Assembly: GCA_023213395.1 (NCBI GenBank) | Contig: CM041465.1 | Coordinates: 231,639,741-231,703,740, forward strand | Reading direction: 5' to 3' | From: Cycas panzhihuaensis | Taxonomy: Eukaryota; Plantae; Cycadophyta | Length of the DNA stretch: 64,000 nt | Shown: positions 54,001 through 64,000 of the stretch, piece after piece | Numbering within the stretch: position 1 is the stretch's first letter | Layout of the letters: every line of letters starts with the position of its first letter | The notes under the pieces: generated by a model | The model's database searches: none | What the model was told of the DNA's origin: nothing | What the model saw: only the letters and a program-made list of their open reading frames with translations | Program-made: the position numbers and the translations under genes

Positions 54001-56385
54001 GTTCTCAAACTCGAAGGAGTTGAACTCACCTCCATTGTCAGTTCTTAAACATTTGATTGGCCTGCCAGTGCTCTTCTCAACTAGAGCCTTGAACTGCTTA
54101 AACACACAGAAAACTTCAGATTTCCTTTTCAAAAAATAGACCCATACCCTTTTGGAGTAATCATCTATAAATGTGACAAAATACAATGATCTTTCATAAG
54201 GTATTGTAGGGGTTGGTCCCCACACATCTGAATGTACATAATCCATAACATCTTTACTAGTGTGACTCCCTACTTTAAACCTGAGTCTACACTGCTTTTC
54301 AAAAATACAATGTTTGCAAAAAGCCAAATCTGAAAGCTGTAAGTTAGGAAGTAACTTACAGTTCATCAACACCATAAGTCCTCTCTCACTCATGTGCCCA
54401 AGTCTTTGATACCATAAATGCGCTGGATCTTCTGCAGTCTTTGATATTGTAGCTGCATGGCTGACATCTGTACTTTCCACTAAAATGTAAAGGTTTCCTT
54501 TTTTTAAGGCTTTCATAACAGCCAAGGCGCCTTTTGACACCCTTAAGACTCCTTCATGACCTATGTACTTGTAACCACCAGAATCTAGTTCACCTAAGGA
54601 AATCAAATTCCTTTTCAGATCAGGTACATGTCTAACTTCTGTTAATGTTCTCACTACACCATTAAACATTTTAATTCTGATGCTACCAATGCCCACTGTC
54701 TTACAAGAAACTTCATTTCCCATAAGCACATCACCACCATCAAGAGGTTGGTACGATGAAAACCAACTCTTGTGTGGACACGTGGTGTGAGGCACCCGAA
54801 TCCAATAACCAATCAGGATGATAATGGGAAACATTACAAGCAACCAAGACATCATCATATGTACCTTGATTCGACTCCACTTGATTAGTCCTTGGCAGGA
54901 TCTTCCTTTTTCTGGAACTCCTTCCTTTTGTAGCAATCCTTCTTGAGGTGACCTGTCTTATTACACTGCCAACATTTGAGTTTACTCTTCTTGCCTTTTG
55001 ACTTTGACCTCGATGTGTCCTGGAGCTTTGTCCTCTCTCAATTGTTCTACCCCTTGCTGTCATAGCTTCTAGTGTGGACGTTTCAAGACTAGACTTCCTC
55101 CTCACTTCTTCTATCAGCAAAGCACTCACAACAGAATCATAGTCTAATTTATCTGTAGTGCTAAAACTAATTGAGGTGACAATATTATCCTAGGATTCTG
55201 GTAATGAACATAACGAGGTAACATCCTTGTCCTCATCCTCAATCGTGACATCGATACTAGCCAATTGATAAATAAGAGTATTGAAAACATTTAAATGATC
55301 AGCAATTTTTGTACCTTCCTTCATTCGCAATGAGTACAATTGCCTCTTCAAGTAGATTTGATTCGTCACTGATTTGGTCATATACAAGCCTTCCAATCGG
55401 GTCCATAATCCTGCTGTTGTCTACTCCCTGCAATGTCAAATAGAACTTCATCTGGCAAGCATAATCGTATTGTGCTAAGAGCCCTTTTGTCTAGATCGTC
55501 CCATTCGTCATCGTCCATCCTTGCGAGTTTCTTCGATTTGCCTGCAAGAGCTCTGTACAAACCTTGTTGTACTAGAACATCATACGCTTTCAACTTCCAT
55601 AACTCGAAATTGTTCTTGCCATTGAATTTCTCAACCTCAAACTTTGCATTCGCCAGTTTCACCATTTGGTGTAGGAAAAAGCCGACACCAAAACCTTCAT
55701 TAACTCGCTACAAAAATAAAAGTGGCTTTGATACCACTTGTTGAGAAGACAAAGTCCCAATTACCTGAAATCGCTACCAAGATCTAAAAACTATTTTGCA
55801 ACTAGTTATAGGAATCGAAACTAAAATTTAACATGCAAGTTTTTAAACCAGAGATAATACAATAAAATGAATAAGAAAGCCAAGGCATCACATATACACC
55901 TGATATAACGTGGTAAACCCTAGTAGTGTGCTAGGGAAACATCCACACAGAAAAGGTATCGATCTTTATTATCAAAAAATGGAGAAATGTACACAATCTA
56001 TAGCAGAATGCTGACAGCAACAACAACCGGTTGCCCAACTCTTCATAGTATATCCAATACATCGAACACCATCAACCTAATAAAAAAATACCCTAAATCG
56101 GGCTATATGAGAGAGTCATACAAGGCACAAATCTGGACCATAGAATCTAGGGTATTTTGAGCGAACGACTCTGATTCTCTTTACAATTTAGTATGCTTTT
56201 CAGTGCTAGCTTTTTGGGTTGGGGGCTATTGCCCCCGAACCCCTTCTTTGTGGGGGGTGTCAGAACGCCCACCCTGACCAAGGGGCTCCATATGGAACCC
56301 CCCGAGGAAGTTGGCGGGGGGGGAATCGCATTGCCAACCTGTCAAAATTTTAGCCTCCAAAACATTGTTGTCACATTATCTAACA
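51064..56385 (-). mobile_element. Full-length Tnt1/Tork-like Ty1/copia 'Copia-5' nested in Copia-4; LTRs 55739-56385 and 51064-51701
   Basis: TSD CTTCT (51059-51063 / 56386-56390), PBS 55725-55736, PPT CAAGGTCGAGAT. Confidence 0.96.
51750..55665 (-). pseudogene. Copia-5 gag-pol (Tnt1-like, frameshifted)
   Basis: KFEVEKFNGKNNFELWK, WLLDSGASHH, YVHSDVWGP, LEQLDVKTTFLHGDL, YASAVGSLMYAMVCTRPDI, DSDFAGDLDKRRSTSGY. Confidence 0.95.
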
Positions 56386-59300
56386 CTTCTGAGATGATCT
56401 TGTGATTTGAACTCTCTCTACCTTCTTCAATGATTTTCATTTGAGTCTGACTGTCTGTGTTGTCTATCTCATTGAAGATAACATCTCTGCGTACATATAT
56501 CTTATTTGTCTTTGGGTCAATACACTTATAAGCTTTTGAATTCTTACTGTAACCAATCATGATACATTCTATTCTTTTAGCATCAAGCTTGGATCTCCTT
56601 TTATCTGGAATATGAACAAAAACTTGACTACCAAATATTTTAAGAGAGCTAACATCAAGTTTCTTACTTATCCATGCTTCTTCAGGAGTAATGTTTTCAA
56701 TTGCCTTTGTCAGACTTCTATTTATTAAATAGCACGCTGTATTTACTGCTTCTGTCGAGTATGTTTTTGGAATTTGTTTTCCATGAACCATGCTGCGAGC
56801 CATTTCCATCAACGTTCAATTTTTCTTTTCAACAACCCCATTTGATTGGGGTGGATATGGAGTTGTAATCTATCTACGAATCCCATTTATTCTGCAGTAA
56901 TTCAAGAAGTACTTGGATATATATTCACCGTCTCTATCTAATCTGATACACTTTATTTTGTTATCAGATTCCAATTCCACTTCTGCTTTAAATTCTTTAA
57001 AAATTTCAAAGACTTCTGACTTATTGTGAAGGAAGTATACCCACATTTTCCGAGTGAAATCATCAATGAAGGTGAGAAAGTATCTGCAATTATTTATCGA
57101 TAGAGGTGTTAGTGGTCCACAGAGATCAGTATGAATTAACTCCAGCTTAGTTTGTGCTCTCCATTTGCTCTCCTTAAACGGTAGTCGGTGTTGTTTGCCA
57201 AGTTGGCATCCTTTGCAGACAAAGTTATTGGATGAAATGTGTGGGAATCCATTTACCATACCAGTTCTTTCCATTAATTTTAGCGTTTCTACTGGAAGAT
57301 GTCCATACTTCAAATGCCACATTTTATTATTATCACTTACAACCGTACATGCTTTCATACCCAGGTTGGGTATCACAAGGTTTGACAGCAGACGATACAA
57401 ATCATTGTATCTTATGCCCTTTGCTATGATTTCTCCATTGTTTTTCATATCCATAATACAGCAATACCCATCTTCATAAAAAAGAATTCTTAGTCCTTTT
57501 TTGCTGAGTTGTGAGATAGATAAGAGATTCATTTTGAGCCCAAGAACTAATAGTACATTGCCAATCTTTTTTACATTTCCTTGCAAATTAACAGCAATTG
57601 TACCAACTCCCTTTATACTAAGTGGATATTTATCTCCTAGTTCAACAGATTTATCCATACTGCAAGGTTCTAGAGATTCAAACCAATCTTCACAGTTGGT
57701 CATGTGTTGTGAGGCTCCTGAATCGACGTACCAAGTGTCCCCTTCTTTTACTCTTGCTGATAAAGCTACAATAAAGGTTGTCTCCTGTTCTATCTGCTCT
57801 TTACTGTAATTACCAATTGGACGTTTCCCTTTCCCTCACTGAATTTCAGCTCTCCTTTGTGGGCATTGATAAGGATAATGCCCTAATTGACCGTAATGAT
57901 AGCAAGTGTCAAAAGCTTTGCATGAGGTGGCAAAGTGACCAAGCTTACTACAACTGAAGCAAATTTTGGTGTCTCTGCTCCATCTTCAACCTCTATTATC
58001 TTGCTATCGTCCTCGAGTTGGAGCTCTTGTTTCTGCAATGCGGCCCCTTCCTCGAGTTTGATTTCGTCCACGGGTTCCTAGATTTAATCTGGATGCAAAG
58101 GCTTCTTCCAGTTTTGATGTTTCTTCATAACGCTTATTCTTTTGTTCTTGTCTTAATAATAGGCCTGTTAACTCATCAAGTGCCATTTTATCAATTTGAT
58201 CATTATTTGTTATGGAGTTTATGGTGACATCAAAGGACTTTGGTAGTTTGCTTGCTACCATTTGTACTAGCTCCTCATCTGTGATGTTGTCTCTTGCACT
58301 CAAAAGATTATTTCTAAGAGTGATAACTTTGTGCATGAATTCTGTCACCGTATCACTCTCCTTCATATGAAGTTTATACATGTCTTCCTTTAGGGCTATT
58401 ATCTTGGCTTTGTTCTTTTGGCCAAACAGATTTTCAAAAAATTCCAAATGATAGATGCAAAGTTCAGTTTTTCTACATACACTAAGAGAGGATTCGAAAT
58501 GGAGAGTTTCAAAATGATTACACTAGAGTTGTCCTTTTCGAGCCAATCTGCTAGATTGGTACTAGTATTAGCAGGCTTTTTCTCCGTGCCTATGGCAATA
58601 TTCTAGGCGTTTCTGGCTCTCAGTAAGGTTTCCACCTTAATTTTCCAGATGCAATAGTTTAACTCAGTGAGTTTGTCTTGATCTAAAAGTCCCAAAAGAG
58701 GAGAAACCATTTTTTTTCACTGTACATAGCCTGTCCGTACAGTTGTACGGGCTTTCTGTACAAAACCCTAACTATACGGAAGAAATCGAAAATGGTCTCA
58801 AAATGAAGGTAATCAGATGAGGATCCCAAATCCAAAGTTATTTTTCAGAAACAATCTTTAGAAAATCGGAAAATTGGCTCGAAAGCCTGAGAAGGGCGCC
58901 TAGGTTTTTGAGGAAAACTCTTCAAAACTCCAAAATAATGCTTCAAAACTCCCAGAAATTGCTCACAAAAGATTTAAATCATTGTAGAAAGGATTTCTAG
59001 ACGAGTTTACTCACTGTAAGTTGAGAAAACTGCTGAAATTTTTTCTGAGAAGCTCCAAACCGGCGCGGACGGAAAACAGGTCGAAACCGCCTTAAGACGT
59101 GCTCAGATCACTTTGCGTCAATTGAGAGATGTGGCGGCCAGGTCGAGATCGCCTTGCTCACCAAATTTCATGATTTGTTGACACCTTTAAAATTTTTGTC
59201 TGTACAACCTCCGTACAGATCCGTACACCGGTTCGTAGAGATGAATCCTATGCAAATCAACTTGCCAAATGAAGTTTCAAATTCTCTCTTAAAAGGAATT

Positions 59301-59585
59301 TAAGTCTTCAGTCTTTTAGACCCTCGCTCTCTAATTTGCTGAGCAAACAACCTGCTCTGATACCATGTTACACAAAATAACTCAGACAGAATGAGAATTA
59401 GATGGAAAGTGTGAAGAATCACTTATATTAGCTTGGAGACAATGTCTTTATAAATACATAACTGATTTTTGACCATTACAAAGTGATGACAAGTGTCACA
59501 ATATAAGGTGAGAGTTACATTATGAGGGGGTTGCAATATTACCCCCTTTTCCTAGTAAGATAAAACATTATGTCCTAATAGGGAA

Positions 59586-59980
59586 TAAGTTTAATACATC
59601 CTTGACTAATCTTATTTCTAATAGAATCCGTCTCAATTGCTTCCTTACAAATGTGGAGAAGGATTGGACTCGTGTATCCCCAGGTGGCTTTGTAAAATCC
59701 AAAAGGGAAGCCATACATGGGGTCTTCTTGTTCGCCATCTCATGTAAGGCTGTTATAATTTATTCCATTTTAATTGGAGTTTCACAAGCTGCCTCCAAGT
59801 TGGGTTAAGCTTGCTTGGAACTACCCTAAGACACTCTTTGAGGGCATCGTTAAGAGTTCTTTTTGCAATCTCTTCCTGGAAGTAGTTCCTCCTACTATTT
59901 TTAGGGTTTTAATGTCTTCAGCAGCATGTTTGTTCTTGAAGGCCTGCAAGAAAAATTTAGAGCATCTGTCCCCTTGCTAG
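59586..59980 (-). pseudogene. L1-type LINE ORF2 relic, part 2 (upstream of the RT core)
   Basis: ETPIKME*IITALHEMANKK..GFYKA.W-type motif; continuous with part 1 across the GGGAA TSD. Confidence 0.75.
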
Positions 59981-59986
59981 TCTGCT

Positions 59987-60008
59987 TATATATATATATA
60001 TATATATA
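59987..60008. repeat. (TA)11 microsatellite
   Basis: Visible; lies at the LINE/unique DNA boundary. Confidence 0.95.
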
Positions 60009-60528
60009 AGTTCTAATTATTGGCCATGAAGCTGCAAGCTACTTTATGTTCTTGGTAGAAGGAAACAAAGCATGATCGTGTGCCCCGCTTAAATGTTGTT
60101 GGCTGATAAGTTTGTATTAGGTGGTTGATAAGTTTTCAGTGAATGGTCCCAGTTGCAAATGATCCAAGTTGTTTATCTTTTCAGTTTTGATTTAAGCACA
60201 GGTGTTCTTGTAAGGCAACTTTTCTGTTGGGCTTCCATCAGTTCAAGAATTTTGGATTGTTGGTGCTAAGAGATAAAACTTGCTGTTTTCTTTTCAGTCA
60301 TCAAGTTGTATGTTTTCTGGATTGTATTGAGAAATTTCAGTCTTTTGGAGTGCACATTCTGATGGTTATGATTGTTTCTTAACAGGGTTCTCCTTTTAAG
60401 AATCCATCGTGCATTATTCTGTCTTTGTTGTGAAGTGCTAGGTACCACTTATATGATGTCTTCAAATTTTGTGCTTTCAAGTTAACATGAGAATAAGAAG
60501 TTTCTTTTGTGTTCTTGTGGAATTGCAG

Positions 60529-60774
60529 CCTGCCCTTTAGTTTTCCCTGACCCTTCTGAGGTGGCAACAGACTGTGCTGATACAGTGAGTAATAAGACAA
60601 TGTGCTGTATTACACTGAGTAATTACATCTCTGGAGTTCAGCAGCAAAGTCTCATCACAAATTTGCAAGCTTTGGACTGTGCCACGTTCCTTGGTCAAAT
60701 GCTTCAAAGAAGGAATATTACTGAGAACATCTACAGTCTGTGCCATGTAAATCTGAAGGACTTCTCTCTTCAAG
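60529..60774 (+). CDS. Internal exon of an At1g61900-like uncharacterised GPI-anchored (SPARK-type Cys-rich) protein
   Basis: ttgcag| ... |gtaatt splice sites; ACPLVFPD..CC..L.NYIS..QQQSLITNLQALDCA..LG.MLQ..NITENIYSLC.VNLKDFSLQ recognised from memory of the family. Confidence 0.88.
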
Positions 60775-61013
60775 GTAATTTCTGATTGTGTATTGTGTCA
60801 ACAACACTTGGACGATGAAATCTGATCATGATGATGCATAATTGTAATTGACATCTAAAGCTTAAAGCCTGCAGTATTTACTGATATAATGATTTGACTT
60901 TGTTGATATCTCCATTCTTTCAAATTATATTTTTTGTTCTCATTTGACATGATCTGGTCTATTCTGTTTGTGTTTTACTTGTTTCTGCCAACGGGGGTCC
61001 ACCACCACGACAG

Positions 61014-61028
61014 CATTTGGATCACAAG
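61014..61028 (+). CDS. 15-nt microexon (AFGSQ) of the same gene
   Basis: cag|CATTTGGATCACAAG|gtag, phase 1/1, keeps frame between DFSLQ and (DA)GCLLRSLP. Confidence 0.75.
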
Positions 61029-61374
61029 GTAGTTTTCACTGTTTTCTCTTTAGGGGTCCATGGTAATGCTTCCTTTCATTGGATTTTTAATACGGTTATC
61101 ATCATTTCAATCTATGTATAAATGAAATAATCAAGGTTTGGCCCTTCAAATCCAAATGATGAAATTATGTTCCACATCAAACATTTAGTAACAGCATTGA
61201 AACTAGTTTTAGGACTGGTTGGTAGTATTTGTCAGGCGTATGTTGGCCATTGTGAGCTGCATGTACAACTGTTTGTTAAGAGATACTTGCTGTCAAATTT
61301 GTGAATTATGAGCTTCTGTAAGATGTACTCACAGAGGTGGATCAATTAATATTTTTATGTGGCTTTTGTATCAG

Positions 61375-61521
61375 ATGCAGGTTGTCTTCTCCGAAGTTTG
61401 CCTTCTGATGTTACAGACGACAAGTCTTCTGGAATTAGTTTCACGTGTGACCTGAGTGACAATATAGCTGCACCTTGGCCCCCTGTTTCTCATGTATCAA
61501 CACCTTCCTCCTGCAATAAGC
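61375..61521 (+). CDS. Internal exon of the At1g61900-like gene
   Basis: tcag|ATGCAG.. to AAGC|gtatgt; DAGCLLRSLPSDVTDDKSSGISFTCDLSDNIAAPWP..SSCNK. Confidence 0.88.
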
Positions 61522-62429
61522 GTATGTTGCAACATCTCATTGCTTTACTGCTTTATTTTGGTTGGGCATGTAAAATGAGTCTAGTTTTATGCAATTGTCT
61601 CTTGATATTATTGGTTTGTGAGTCATAAATGTATGTATGCTCTTGTTAAAAAAGGTTCATGTCTAACTTATATTCAGATTACTAACATTACACAAATGCA
61701 TATATCTGTGGGTTGAATTTATGATGAAGTGATTTGATTCTGTGTTACTGCCATGGGGAGTGATGAAACATAAAAGGTGCATATTCACTTTGAAACATCT
61801 CTGTTAGAACCTGCCAATGTGAGTAGATCACGAGAAGAAGTGTTAGAAAGAGAGAATTGAATTGAATTGAATTAAACTCTTTAATTCTTAATGTTTGTTT
61901 GGTCACAATGTGGACCTAAATTAACTTACAAGTGCAGGTTAGTGTTATAGGTTCAATGATAAATACACAAGAAGTACCAAAAGCAAATAATAAAGTCCTG
62001 CTAAAGCCTACAGAAAGTGTTCCTGGCCACCGGTCATGCATCAGGTGTAAGGAAGGCAATGTGCTGCTGAAACCAGAGCCTGATTCCAATGAATGGTGTG
62101 ATTTTTGTGTTCTATCCAACTTCTGAAGATGTGGCTCCATTGTTTATGCCATATATGTGCTACTGTCAGAGAAACTTGTAATGTTCAAATTCATACTTGG
62201 CGTCTTGTAGTGTTCAGATTCATGCCTGGTTTCTGGGTGGCTATTTGTGATTTTGTTGCTTGTGATTTTTTTATGTATGCTTGAATTGAATTCTGCAATG
62301 GTGTGTCTATGTTTTGTTATATGCAGAGAGTTCATGACGCCTCTCTGCTGTTGGTTAATTCGTAATTTGGCGGCTGTTTCTGATCCTTGTGTAAACACAG
62401 TCACCAGCTAACTTCAGTAAAGTTGATTT

Positions 62430-63088
62430 TGTTGGAAACGAGAGATAAACTGGACTGAAATCAGCATGTAAAAATAGCACTAAGACAAACACAATTGCAT
62501 AATGATTACAAGAAATAACCTTGCATTAGGATCACAATGAATACAATGGCTTAATCTATTGTCTATGTATCAATCAATCAATTGATTATCATCAATTGAT
62601 GAGAGCAAGATCACTCCTCATATTAATGAGAGTGGGAGCAGAGAATAAAACTGTAAAGCAGGGATATATCTCAATACACATCATGCATGCTCTTGCATGT
62701 GTGAGAGCAAAAATAGAAATACAACACAAGAGAACCTGCCTAATGCGGCATCAACCAACTTCAAGAAAGAATGAGAAGGAATTAGACATTATTTTCAACA
62801 CCCCTCATAATGTGTAATTCATTATCTCTCAAATATAAAAGCCTTCTAAACCTCTCAAACTTCTCACGTCTCAAAGTTTTAGTGAAAAAGTCAGCAAGTT
62901 GGTCCTTAGTTGGACAATACACCAACTCAATTGCTCCGTTCTGCACTTGCTACCGAATAAAATGATGATGTGCTTCCACTTGCTTTGTTCTAGCATGGAA
63001 GATAGGATTCTTCAACAACTGGATTGCACCCTATTTGTCATAAAGCAGGAATGTAGGATCATCTTGTAGAAGTTCAAAGTGTCCAAGT
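62430..63088 (-). mobile_element. Copia 3' end 'Copia-6' (RNase H tail, PPT ~62801-62806, LTR 62430-62800), interrupted by a chromovirus
   Basis: KNPIFHARTKQVEAHHHFIR..YCPTKDQLADFFTK; TGTTG...CAACA termini. Confidence 0.88.
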
Positions 63089-64000
63089 TGAAGTGACACT
63101 TGAGTGTCTGGCTGACTTCTATGCACTTGTTGTGGCTGACTCCTAACAGTTATTATGGGTGCATCTCTCCTTGTCCTGGCCAACTTCATTATGTCCCAGT
63201 TTGAGTGCCTATAAATAGGGATTTTTGAGGTCATTTTCAATCATCATTTGGTGAAGTGTTTCTTCTCATTTTTGGCCTTAAGGCAGCTGCAGATTTTCGG
63301 CCTTAGAGCTGCATTTCTAAGGAGGATCTCCGCCTCAAAGGGCCCGATGATTATTGAAGGTTATGTTGGTACTTGTTGAGCTTCTATTTGTACCTTTTGA
63401 CATCTTATTCAACACTTGTAATTGATTTATGTTTGGAGATAACATGTTTATCTTTGGTACTTTTTATATATGATATTGTCAGTTGTATCCTATTATCTAT
63501 GAAGTTTAGCTTTGGTCTATCCTACTTTTATCTTTTGGGTGAAAGAACCGTTACAAGTGGTATCGGAGCTTCATTTCAAAGTGGGATTTTAAGGAGATTT
63601 TTTTCAACCAGGGGCAAGAAAATTTTGACCCGCCCTCCCACTCTAGGAATTCTGAAAGGACCGAGATGGAATTAAGATCTAAGAAGATCAGATCGTTAAG
63701 CAAAATGCCGAGATCTCAAGAATTTGAGGAACAAATAGCATAGACTATGATAGCAGTCATGCAAGAACTCATACAACAGATCAAGAACCTTAATGTGAGG
63801 TTAGAAAAACAACAAATAACCCAACGTAAGATAGAACAAAATTAGGATTCACATCAAGACACAGACCAAGGGAATTAGGAAGGTAGGTTTAAAGAAGGAT
63901 TTGTTTTTCAACGAAGGAACATAAGATCACAATCCCAACAAATACGAAGATCGCATTGGAAAAATTTGATCCAGAGAAGACATGGGACATAAGAGCATGG
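63089..64000 (+). mobile_element. Chromovirus 5' end: LTR 63089-63555, PBS TGGTATCGGAGC 63558-63569, degenerate gag from ~63705
   Basis: LTR aligns with 925-1330; TG...CA; TATAAATA at ~63210. Confidence 0.87.

Larger units (their letters stand above)
49071..59580 (-). mobile_element. Full-length Ty1/copia 'Copia-4' inserted in the LINE; LTRs 59366-59580 (5') and 49071-49309 (3'); gag-pol 58710-49320 split by Copia-5
   Basis: TSD GGGAA (49066-49070 / 59581-59585), PBS 59354-59365, PPT 49310-49318, copia INT/RT/RH motifs. Confidence 0.96.

Noticed and set aside
60386-60441. Possible extra exon (aacag|...|gtacc) upstream of the first host exon
   Set aside because: Translation shows no resemblance to the family and the splice signals are weak
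61916-62404. Short ORFs downstream of the last exon
   Set aside because: No family similarity or convincing splice sites; treated as intron sequence

Overview
Eukaryotic plant DNA with the signature of a very large genome (seed-plant, possibly gymnosperm-like; this is inference). About 93% of the window is a stack of old, mutated, nested transposable elements. These are six Ty1/copia elements or fragments, three Athila/Tat-like non-chromovirus Ty3/gypsy copies, two CRM-like and two other chromovirus copies, one non-autonomous LTR element, one LTR-linked element carrying an unidentified ORF, a hAT transposase relic and an L1-type LINE relic. The only host gene sequence is three internal exons (one a 15-nt microexon) of an At1g61900-like GPI-anchored protein gene at 60.5-61.5 kb, so the whole TE stack may sit in one giant intron. 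Main observations: (1) every copia 3' end carries a stem-loop of different sequence that brackets the PPT/U3 junction; (2) two diverged Athila/Tat-like elements share a homologous extra ORF downstream of pol; (3) one of them has a second capsid-like domain inside its PR-RT spacer; (4) an unidentified ORF lies upstream of a PPT/LTR. All alignments, translations outside the ORF track and mismatch counts were done by eye; no database was searched.
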